From the IMG/VR virus record IMGVR_UViG_3300031521_001337, positions 62,001-126,000 of that record: a stretch of 64,000 bases of DNA; one strand, given 5' to 3'. How positions within the stretch are numbered: the first letter of the stretch is position 1; each line of letters begins with the position of its first letter. The notes beneath the pieces were generated by a model. That model did no database searches. It saw nothing but the letters and a program-made list of their open reading frames with translations, and was not told the origin of the DNA. The translations under genes and the position numbers were made by a program. Below are positions 9,800 to 17,642 of this stretch, piece by piece.

Positions 9800-10246
9800 A
9801 TGGTAATTAAAGCTCCAAATAATATAAATCAACGAGATATACATAAACCTTCTATGTTTTTAGCAGGTAGTATTGAAATGGGTCAAGCTGAAAATTGGCA
9901 AGATACTATGACAAAATATTTTGAAAAAGATTTTAATATATTTAATCCTCGTAGAGATAATTGGGATAGTTCTTGGGTTCAATCTTTTGATAATCCTGAA
10001 TTTTTTCAACAAGTTTCTTGGGAATTACACGCATTAGATTTTTCTGATATAATTATTATGTATTTTGATCCTAAAACTATGTCTCCAATTAGTTTATTAG
10101 AATTAGGTTTATATGCAACTTCTAAAAAGTTACATGTAATTTGTCCTGAAGGATTTTGGAGAAAAGGTAATATAGAAATTGTATGTTCTAAATATAATAT
10201 TCCTTTATACAATAGTATTGAAGAATTTAAAAATAAATTTAAATAA
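9800..10246 (+). CDS. nucleoside 2-deoxyribosyltransferase-like protein
   Basis: FLAGSIEMG..NWQ, FNPRR..W, QVSWE..AL..SD, SPISLLELG, GN..IVC motifs. Confidence 0.85.
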   Translation: MVIKAPNNINQRDIHKPSMFLAGSIEMGQAENWQDTMTKYFEKDFNIFNPRRDNWDSSWVQSFDNPEFFQQVSWELHALDFSDIIIMYFDPKTMSPISLLELGLYATSKKLHVICPEGFWRKGNIEIVCSKYNIPLYNSIEEFKNKFK

Positions 10247-11677
10247 ATGCCAAAATTTCATCCAACAACCGCAACTGATGCATATAAATTTGTGCATTGG
10301 ACGCAACGTCCTTCGGGATTGACAAGACTTATGTCTTATGGAGAACCTCGTGTAGGAGGTCAACACTCTCATATTGTTTTCTATGGTATACAATATTTCA
10401 TAAAAGAATATTTTATGACTGTTGTCACTAATGAAGATATTGAACGTGGTGCTCGTAGAAGTTTAAATACTTTTGGTAACCCTGGTTATTTCCCTCAAGA
10501 AATTTGGGAAAAAGTTCGCGATTTAGGATATTATCCTTTAGAAATCAAAGCTGTAAAAGAAGGAACTGTTGTTCCAACTGGTAATGTTTGTTATACAATT
10601 GAAGCTACTGAAGAGTGGTTTGCACCAATGGTTAGTCACTTCGAACCTTGGTTAATGTGGAATTGGTATCCAGTTGCCGTTGCTACTCGTATGTATAATA
10701 TTCATAAAGGTATTACTCCATCATTCAAAATCTCTACTAACAACGCTATGTTGGATTATGTAGTTAATGATTTTGGATTAAGAGGTGCTCAAGGTCATGA
10801 AGCTGCTTGTTTAGGTGGTTCTGCTGCTTTAATCTTTTCTGATGGTTCTGATAATGTTCCAGCAATGGAATTTATTGAAGACTATTACGGAGATGCAACC
10901 GTAGGAAAATCTGTATGGGCAACTGAACACTCAGTAGCAACTGTATTTGGTCCTGGTCAGGGAGAATTTGATTATGTCAATGCTCAATTTGATCGCGCTG
11001 GTGACGATGCTATGGTATCAATTGTTATTGATTCTTATGATGATACTAATTTCATTAAAAATGTTATTGGTTCAGAAGCAATCAAACAACGTATTATCGC
11101 ACGTCCAGGTAGAACTATTTTACGTCCGGATTCTGGTGTTCCGTTAACAAATATGATTAAGTATTCTGAAATGCTTGGTAATATTTTTGGATATCACTTA
11201 AATGAAGTAGATTACAGAGTAATTAATCATAATGTAGGCTTAATTCAAGGAGATGGTATGAATGAAAATTCAATCGTTGATATTTATTCAGAATACATTA
11301 AAACTGGTTGGTCTTGTGAAAACTTTGCGGTTGGTTCAGGTGGTGGTTTGCTTGTTGAAGGATTGACCAGAGATACAGATCGTTGGGCAGTAAAATGCTG
11401 TTTCGCTGTAATTGATGGAGAATCAAAAGATATTCGTAAATCTCCTAAAGGAGATATGACTAAAGCTTCAAAAGCTGGTATTTTGAAACTTCATAAAGCC
11501 GGATCAGAATTCATTACTATCGAAAGTTCTAAAGAACAATATGGTATTAATAATGGATATGCTGATGAACTTGAAATAGTTTATCGTAATGGTAAATTAA
11601 TGAGAGATCAACATTGGACAGAAATTCGCACTATTGCTAAGAGTTATCTTGAAGCCGATTTAAAAACAAGTAAATAA
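10247..11677 (+). CDS. nadV: nicotinamide phosphoribosyltransferase (NAMPT)
   Basis: TDAYK.H, DFGLRG, ATEHSV, VIDSYD, RPDSG, IQGDG, GSGGGLL, RDT motifs. Confidence 0.95.
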   Translation: MPKFHPTTATDAYKFVHWTQRPSGLTRLMSYGEPRVGGQHSHIVFYGIQYFIKEYFMTVVTNEDIERGARRSLNTFGNPGYFPQEIWEKVRDLGYYPLEIKAVKEGTVVPTGNVCYTIEATEEWFAPMVSHFEPWLMWNWYPVAVATRMYNIHKGITPSFKISTNNAMLDYVVNDFGLRGAQGHEAACLGGSAALIFSDGSDNVPAMEFIEDYYGDATVGKSVWATEHSVATVFGPGQGEFDYVNAQFDRAGDDAMVSIVIDSYDDTNFIKNVIGSEAIKQRIIARPGRTILRPDSGVPLTNMIKYSEMLGNIFGYHLNEVDYRVINHNVGLIQGDGMNENSIVDIYSEYIKTGWSCENFAVGSGGGLLVEGLTRDTDRWAVKCCFAVIDGESKDIRKSPKGDMTKASKAGILKLHKAGSEFITIESSKEQYGINNGYADELEIVYRNGKLMRDQHWTEIRTIAKSYLEADLKTSK

Positions 11678-11679
11678 CT

Positions 11680-11715
11680 AAATTACACTGGGATTAATTT
11701 CCCAGTGTAATTTTT
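11680..11715 (+). terminator. intrinsic terminator ending the NAD operon
   Basis: AAATTACACTGGGA/TCCCAGTGTAATTT 14-bp hairpin plus T run. Confidence 0.85.
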
Positions 11716-11726
11716 ATACTAACATT

Positions 11727-11954
11727 ATGTTTATAACATTTTTAATCTGGTATTTTATCGGAGTAATATTATCAATATTCATGTTATCATTTGTTAATGA
11801 TTTGTGTGATCATGATTATGAAAAATGTGAAGTTGCCTGGGCTTTCATGAGTTGGATTGTTGTAATTTTTAGTATTTATTACATTATTACAATATCAAAA
11901 ATATTTAAATGGAAACCAAGTTTAAAAAACTTATGGAAAAAGAAAAAGCAGTAA
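11727..11954 (+). CDS. small membrane protein
   Basis: Two hydrophobic segments. Confidence 0.6.
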   Translation: MFITFLIWYFIGVILSIFMLSFVNDLCDHDYEKCEVAWAFMSWIVVIFSIYYIITISKIFKWKPSLKNLWKKKKQ

Positions 11955-12409
11955 TCTTTGATTTAGATCTTACTACTTTGTATCATACTAACAGAAGTCC
12001 TTTTGATTGGAGTGATTTATCAGGTGACGTGCTTATTAAAAGTGTTGGTGAACTAATGCAATCACTAGCTATGCAAGGATATATGATTTTACTTGTTACA
12101 GGGAGACCTGAACGAGTAAGACCTCAAACCGAAGCATGGTTAATTGAAAAACTAGAAGACGGAGGACTTCTGTATGATGATGAATATAAATTATTCATGA
12201 AACAAGGTATAGACTATACTAAATCATATTTATCGAAAGAAGCTACTTTAAAGAAGCTTCAAGAAGAGTATGACATTCTTATGGCATTTGATGATGATAA
12301 TCGTTGTGCTGAGATGTATGTAAGAAATGGTATTATAACAATGATGCCAATGAACTATAAAGTTCCACCAAAAAAAGTTCAACAAGAACTAGAATTCCCT
12401 AAAGAATAG
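11909..12409 (+). CDS. HAD-superfamily phosphatase, polynucleotide kinase 3'-phosphatase-like
   Basis: IFDLDLT motif I, LVTGRP motif II, K, AFDDD motif IV. Confidence 0.8.
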   Translation: METKFKKLMEKEKAVIFDLDLTTLYHTNRSPFDWSDLSGDVLIKSVGELMQSLAMQGYMILLVTGRPERVRPQTEAWLIEKLEDGGLLYDDEYKLFMKQGIDYTKSYLSKEATLKKLQEEYDILMAFDDDNRCAEMYVRNGIITMMPMNYKVPPKKVQQELEFPKE

Positions 12410-12413
12410 AATA

Positions 12414-12821
12414 ATGACTGATATTGAGAAATATATAATAGGAGCGTTGATTACGAATCCTAAGAATGATAAGGATGTTGGATTTAATTCCGCATTAATC
12501 ACATTACTTAAAGGTATGGCTGCAGGAATTCCATTGGATTTAACTGAAGCTAATAATGCTAATAACACAGAACCTGAAGTTGACGCAGGTCTTGATGCTG
12601 TATTATCTTTACGTATTACAAAACGTTCTGCATTAAGAAAAGAAATCACAAAAGTCAATACTGATTTTGGTTATAGTGTTGATAATAAAGAACTTGATAG
12701 AATAATAACAGAATTTGATGCTGGTTCTAAACTTGCAGCTGTAAAGATTCTTAAAGAAATATCACGTTTTGGTTTAAAAGAAGCTGCTGATTGTGTGAGT
12801 ATATTACAAACAATTCATTAA
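12414..12821 (+). CDS. ribosomal protein bL12 (L7/L12) C-terminal-domain-like protein
   Basis: C-terminal AGSKLAAVKILKEISRFGLKEAADCV matches bL12 K..V.K.VR..TGLGLKEAK..V. Confidence 0.7.
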   Translation: MTDIEKYIIGALITNPKNDKDVGFNSALITLLKGMAAGIPLDLTEANNANNTEPEVDAGLDAVLSLRITKRSALRKEITKVNTDFGYSVDNKELDRIITEFDAGSKLAAVKILKEISRFGLKEAADCVSILQTIH

Positions 12822-12834
12822 CAAATAAAATAAA

Positions 12835-13077
12835 ATGGTAAAAGCTGATTACGTATACACAAACGCCGATGGTATCATTAATATTGTCGACTTAAATTTA
12901 GGAAACATGTCTGTAACAAATGATGCAGAGAATGTTTTAACTGAAATAAATGATTCTGAGGAAATTACCGACATGCGTGTAGTTTACATAGACTCAGAAG
13001 AAGAGTTAAGTGAAATGATTCCTGTTTGGGAAAGTGGTAAATGTGTAAGCGTAACGTTTAAACCATTTGTACCATAA
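12835..13077 (+). CDS. small phage hypothetical protein
   Basis: 80 aa with IVDLNLG..SVTNDAENV motif. Confidence 0.7.
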   Translation: MVKADYVYTNADGIINIVDLNLGNMSVTNDAENVLTEINDSEEITDMRVVYIDSEEELSEMIPVWESGKCVSVTFKPFVP

Positions 13078-13474
13078 TAATCTTATGCGAATTCGAATAG
13101 TAAATAGAAAATATCTAATTGGTGGTAAATGGTTCAGATTTGAAAAAATGATGAATATACAGTGTATTGGATATAAGTTTGCGATTGGTAAATTTGAAAT
13201 AAGACTTTATATATAAAATATGGAAGAAGAACTTTTAAAAATCTTTCGCAAATATAAAATAATTGCGACCGGTTCTGATCAAGTTATTATTGCTGAAATT
13301 ATTGAAGTATTTAATAATCATACTGAACCATATGAATTTCTAGATTCTGAAAAATGATCTTTTGTGTGTTTGAGTGAACAATAGTAGCTCTAGATGAAAA
13401 CACATGTGCTTGACAGTATTAAGAACTGTAATTTGGCCACTAATTAAAATATCTCAAGGGCATGAGAAAACAAA

Positions 13475-14464
13475 ATGGGTTTAGGTGTATTATTAACCGT
13501 TAATCTTAAAGGAAACCTTATGGGTTTTCAAAAACATGTTGACAATCAAATTGTCACTGTTGACGTCTCAGAAGTTGGAGCAAAACATCCAAATTTCATT
13601 TCCAGAAAAATCAAACACTCTGATCGCTATCCTTCGGAATGCGTTCGTAAAGTGCGAATTTCTGAAGAAGTGGTAAATGAATGGAACAAACCGGACTGTC
13701 CACATTGGGAGAAACCTGCTCAATGGAAATCTATGTCGAAAGATCAAAGATTTAAATCTCATGTCAATCGATATGATGAAGGTTTCGGAGTTAAGTATGA
13801 CTTCGTTCAATAGTATTAACTTTTAAAAATTTAACAAAATGTTTAAATTTATTACAAACTTGTTCAAGTCAGTTGATTTTGGTGCTAAACGTGCTAAAAT
13901 TATGGGAACTTTTACAAAAGCATTATCTGATGCTCAAAAACTCGACGCTGAATTAAAAGCAAGTATTGATGAAAAAGAAGCCAAACGCGCTGCTATTCTG
14001 AAAGAAATTGATGATCATTCATCTATTCAGGCTCAAAACACTCGATTTATCGAAAATCTTACTAAATTAGTTGAGTAATGAAAAGAATCTTGGTAATTAT
14101 TGCCTTATTGATATCACTATGTTCAGCTTCAGCAGAAATTAAACGGTTTAAAACTGAATTATTTAATGCTAAAGTTTTAAATGGAGAATGGGGTGGATGG
14201 CAAAAATCTAATGTTGTTCTAGTATGGGATAATGTTAGAGACAAGATTACGATTTATTCTACTGATATTCAGTATATTAGTTATAACCAATTAGAAATAA
14301 AAAAGTTTAATGAAAGTACTATATTTAGTGGAAAATTTATAAATCACCACAAAGAAGTTGGACAACTGACTATTACTATTTTAAATAATGGTGATATTTA
14401 TATGTCATTAACTTACCAAGATGCACAACTACTTTATAAGATATACGATATCGATGTGAAGTAA
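13475..14464 (+). CDS. three hypothetical proteins (13475..13813, 13839..14078 coiled coil, 14078..14464 with signal peptide)
   Basis: Co-oriented ORFs; the last begins MKRILVIIALLISLCSASA. Confidence 0.65.
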
Positions 14465-14583
14465 AATTTATTGAAAGATATAACAATAAGAACAGTTAGA
14501 TCATTATTTTATCATAAATTGATAATTTATGGGTTTTTATTGTTCTTATTGTTGTACTTTTGTAGTCCCAATAAAAAATATAT

Positions 14584-14655
14584 GTTCGGGTCTTATAGCG
14601 GCTAGTAATCTGGGTTTTCATCCCAGCAAGCGGGGTTCGATTCCCCGTCCGAATA
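14584..14655 (+). tRNA. tRNA-Glu(TTC)
   Basis: Cloverleaf; CTGGG-TTTTCAT-CCCAG. Confidence 0.9.
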
Positions 14656-14676
14656 CAAAATATTGATAAATTAATT

Positions 14677-14895
14677 ATGATAGAAAAAAAATATTATTTA
14701 CTTAGAATAAGTAATCGTGAAACACCAAGACTTATTTTTAAGTCTTCAAGCATATCAGATCTTAATAAAGTTTCAAGATATTTAAAAGATGCTATAGAAG
14801 ATCATGAAATATTTTTTATTACTGAAAATGATAGTAAAGATGTAATTGAAGAATGGATTTCTGAAGAATTAATTTGTGAAATATTCAATAATTAA
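14677..14895 (+). CDS. hypothetical protein
   Basis: 72 aa ORF between tRNAs. Confidence 0.55.
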   Translation: MIEKKYYLLRISNRETPRLIFKSSSISDLNKVSRYLKDAIEDHEIFFITENDSKDVIEEWISEELICEIFNN

Positions 14896-14898
14896 AAT

Positions 14899-14971
14899 AT
14901 AGATGTGGCGCAGTTGGTAGCGTTCTTGCTTTGGGAGCAAGGGGTCGTGAGTTCGAGTCTCACCATCTATA
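14899..14971 (+). tRNA. tRNA-Pro(TGG)
   Basis: CTTGC-TTTGGGA-GCAAG. Confidence 0.93.
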
Positions 14972-14981
14972 CAAAATATAT

Positions 14982-15054
14982 CGCGAAGTGGTAGCAGTGG
15001 TAGCTCGCAAGGCTCATAACCTTGAGGTCGGGGGTTCAATTCCCTCCTTCGCAA
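14982..15054 (+). tRNA. initiator tRNA-fMet(CAT)
   Basis: C1:A72 mismatch; CAAGG-CTCATAA-CCTTG. Confidence 0.9.
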
Positions 15055-15060
15055 CTAAAT

Positions 15061-15149
15061 ATCCTCAACTCTGTGACCATAAATCGGCAATTGATAATGG
15101 TTCAAACAAAGCACAAGACAGCCGAAACTTGATTGCGGCAGAGAGGGAT
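15061..15149 (+). ncRNA. candidate three-way-junction RNA with kissing loops
   Basis: ATCCTC..CTCTG/CAGAG.AGGGAT closing stem; two hairpins with complementary loops GGC and GCC. Confidence 0.5.
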
Positions 15150-15157
15150 GTTAAAAT

Positions 15158-15236
15158 AAAGGGTGGTAGATAGCAATTATGTGTAATTCATAAACGTATA
15201 AGTTGATTAAAGTTCTACTATATACCCAACCCTTTT
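15158..15236 (+). ncRNA. candidate hairpin RNA or terminator
   Basis: AAAGGGT..GGTAGA/TCTACT..ACCCTTT pairing followed by T run. Confidence 0.35.
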
Positions 15237-15257
15237 TAAAACTTAAACAAATAGATA

Positions 15258-15473
15258 ATGGATTGGATTTTAATGATTTTAAACTTATACGCTTATTATT
15301 TGATAAGTAATAAGAGAATAATTGGCTTCATACTTGGAGCAATTGGAAGTATTCTTGGAATAATATTATTCTGGAATATGATTTCAATAGTTATAATGTA
15401 TTTAGCATTTACAGTTTTAAATATTAGAGGATTTTTAAAATGGAATAAAAAATTAAAAGAAGAAACAGTCTAG
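15258..15473 (+). CDS. small three-TM protein, possibly PnuC-like half-transporter
   Basis: W..L...Y.L...K..IGF..G...........Y......N..GF.KW pattern. Confidence 0.45.
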   Translation: MDWILMILNLYAYYLISNKRIIGFILGAIGSILGIILFWNMISIVIMYLAFTVLNIRGFLKWNKKLKEETV

Positions 15474-15474
15474 G

Positions 15475-15608
15475 TCCAGAGGGCTCTAATTGTATATGAG
15501 GGAAGTGACTCTGGAATTCCTCCGTATTTAAAGTATTGGTGAATGTTATATCTAGAATGGTAATTTATTATCGTCGATGATGTTTCTATAATATACAATC
15601 GCAATTAG
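15475..15608 (+). ncRNA. candidate pseudoknotted RNA
   Basis: TCCAGAG/CTCTGGA stem; loop ATTGTATAT is perfectly complementary to ATATACAAT at 15591. Confidence 0.45.
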
Positions 15609-15629
15609 TATATCTTTTTTAAAATATAA

Positions 15630-15792
15630 AATATTGAAATGTTGGCTTGGAAGCAGCAATCATCTAAAGAGTGGGACGAGACTACGTTGATAAACCAATT
15701 CAAGTTGGAATTTAATGTGGTAAGGTAAGTTGGAGGTCACCCCGTAACTGGTAAGGACTGAAATCCCTTTGGCGTAATAGCACATCAATATT
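15630..15792 (+). ncRNA. 23S rRNA H43-H44 (uL11-binding GTPase-associated centre) mimic with 99-nt insertion
   Basis: ATGTTGGCTTGGAAGCAGCAATCATCTAAAGAGT...GCGTAATAGCACA, closed by AATATTGA/TCAATATT. Confidence 0.75.
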
Positions 15793-15802
15793 TTTAAAAA
15801 TT

Positions 15803-15958
15803 AAATGAGTAACATCCGAGAATGGTCGGTGAGTCAGGTAAGAGGGGAACCCAATGCTGACTTAGAATGAGGAATTAAGTCCAGATATCCCTAACGAAAA
15901 GATGTAGGTGTAGTCCCGTGGATAACATGCGTGTAATTGTCCCTCCCGTTACTCATTT
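15803..15958 (+). ncRNA. candidate structured ncRNA (~156 nt)
   Basis: 11-bp closing stem AAATGAGTAAC/GTTACTCATTT; internal CCGA/TCGG and TGAGTCAG/CTGACTTA stems. Confidence 0.6.
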
Positions 15959-15965
15959 TTAAAAT

Positions 15966-16038
15966 GCTCCAGTAGCTCAGTGGATAGAGCATCGGTTTTC
16001 TAAACCGAGGGTCGCTGGTTCAAGTCCAGCTTGGAGTA
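15966..16038 (+). tRNA. tRNA-Arg(TCT)
   Basis: TCGGT-TTTCTAA-ACCGA. Confidence 0.95.
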
Positions 16039-16039
16039 C

Positions 16040-16525
16040 AACTAGGTTTATTTATTATTAGCTACGATAGAATAAACCATCAAAGATGGGGTTGTAGTCT
16101 TAACTTATAAAGTTATTGCCCATACCAATTAACAAAACTAACTAGGGTCGAGCTACATTTTGCCACTGTTAGTATTAGACTTAGAGATCAGAGGTAGCCG
16201 TGACTACTCTAAGTTGAACAAATAAAATCTCTTTAATTGAAGCAAAACGGTAACCAGGGGGAGACACCCAACCCAATAAGGGGTAAGGACGAAAGTTGAG
16301 TACGTAGGTTATAAACCATAGCAGTGGTTGAATGTTTTGGTAAATGTAGTTATGATATGGTTAGTGTTCGCAGAAAAGCCTTCGTTATGACCTAAGTCAA
16401 TATAATTATTCCACTCTGCTTAAAGTGAATAAAGAGATTTTTTATGCCTACTTATACCCTCAAGCTTATATCTTGTTGAAAGGTTATTTGGTGACAGCCT
16501 GGTTCAATCCCAGGAGTAGGTACAA
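16040..16525 (+). ncRNA. candidate large ornate ncRNA (~480 nt)
   Basis: Several long-range helices of 9-12 bp, some crossing; ends in a T-arm-like hairpin CCTGG-TTCAATC-CCAGG. Confidence 0.55.
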
Positions 16526-16526
16526 T

Positions 16527-17006
16527 ATGGAAAGAAGTAAAAATGAATTATTAGCAATTGAAAAAGGATATAAAATAACTATAAATGGTGATATTTTAAA
16601 TCCTAAAGAAAAAATTTTAACAGGAACTATTTATAATAAAAATTATAAAAAATTTAATATTAGATTAAATGAAAAACATATTCCAGTTAAAGTACATAGA
16701 TTACAAGCATATCAAAAATTTGGAGAAATTATTTTTAACGAAGATATAGTAGTTAGACATTTAGATGGTAACGGATTAAATAATTCTTGGGATAATATTG
16801 AAATTGGATCATATAGTGATAATATGATGGATAAACCTAAAGAAGAAAGAATTAGAATTGCATCTAATGCTAATAAAAAATATTCTGATGAATTAGTTTT
16901 AGAAATTAAAGCATACCGAAATTTAGGGCATACTTATAAAGAAATTATGGAAAAATATAATATTAGTAGTAAAGGAACCATTAGTAATATTATTAATAAT
17001 AGATAA
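16527..17006 (+). CDS. HNH homing endonuclease with C-terminal HTH
   Basis: KVHRL.AY...VVRHLDGNGLNN..DNIEIGSYSDN; ATG at 16527 preferred over GTG 16425, which overlaps structured RNA. Confidence 0.85.
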   Translation: MERSKNELLAIEKGYKITINGDILNPKEKILTGTIYNKNYKKFNIRLNEKHIPVKVHRLQAYQKFGEIIFNEDIVVRHLDGNGLNNSWDNIEIGSYSDNMMDKPKEERIRIASNANKKYSDELVLEIKAYRNLGHTYKEIMEKYNISSKGTISNIINNR

Positions 17007-17079
17007 GCCCGTATGGTGAAGTGGTTAACATTCGATTCTGCAAAAATCGCACGCCCAAGTTCGAATCTTGGTATGGGCT
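17007..17079 (+). tRNA. tRNA-Cys(GCA)
   Basis: CGATT-CTGCAAA-AATCG; U73. Confidence 0.92.
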
Positions 17080-17095
17080 CAAAATAAATAAAATT

Positions 17096-17311
17096 ATGAA
17101 ATCAGGAGATATAGTTAAAATGACTAAATCCTTTAAAAGAGGATTAATTGCAAATGATTGTAAAGATCATGTTGATGAATTTGGAAAGTGTATAGGTATA
17201 GTTGAAGATTTAGTATATCCTGATGGTGAAGGTGATGAATGGAATGTTAGATGGTTACCTTCTAAATTAAGATATGGTTATTCTCCAGAAGAACTTGAAA
17301 TAATTAAATAA
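17096..17311 (+). CDS. hypothetical protein (SH3/KOW-like)
   Basis: MKSGDIVKM...; start moved out of tRNA-Cys. Confidence 0.6.
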   Translation: MKSGDIVKMTKSFKRGLIANDCKDHVDEFGKCIGIVEDLVYPDGEGDEWNVRWLPSKLRYGYSPEELEIIK

Positions 17312-17476
17312 AACCAGTAGGAACAACTGAACGTAGATTGAGAAGGCCTAGGAACTTAATAACGAAAGTTTGATAGTTTATGCATACTTGTCTCGCGCAT
17401 CGTATTTGGCGCATGGGTATTATTAAGTTTTTACCAGTTTGGCATACAATCACCGTGGCACAAAAAACTTTAAATC

Positions 17477-17550
17477 GGGGTCTTAGCTCATTTGGCTAGA
17501 GCGATTGCTTTGCAAGCAATAGGTGGTGGGTTCGAAACCCACAGATTCCA
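17477..17550 (+). tRNA. tRNA-Ala(TGC)
   Basis: G3:U70; ATTGC-TTTGCAA-GCAAT. Confidence 0.95.
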
Positions 17551-17642
17551 CTCTTCGAAGAAGCTAATTGGTAAACAGCAATTAGTTATCATTGGAAAGC
17601 TATTAAGGATGTCGAAAGTCTAAGAATAGTTACTGTTTAACT

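Noticed and set aside
15630-15792. Fragment of a real rRNA operon or assembly chimera
   Set aside because: Only H43-H44 is present, with a novel closing helix and a structured insertion; the flanks are phage-like with no other rRNA sequence.
15803-15958. RNase P RNA, suggested by GAGGAATTAAGTCC resembling GAGGAAAGTCC
   Set aside because: Too short, and no 3' P4 strand (ACA.AA...GGCTTA).
16040-16525. Group I intron carrying the HNH gene
   Set aside because: No convincing P7 R/S elements and no interrupted host gene or tRNA on both sides; not excluded without a covariance model search.
16425-16526. GTG-started N-terminal extension of the HNH gene
   Set aside because: Overlaps stable RNA stems; ATG 16527 in an A-rich context is more plausible.
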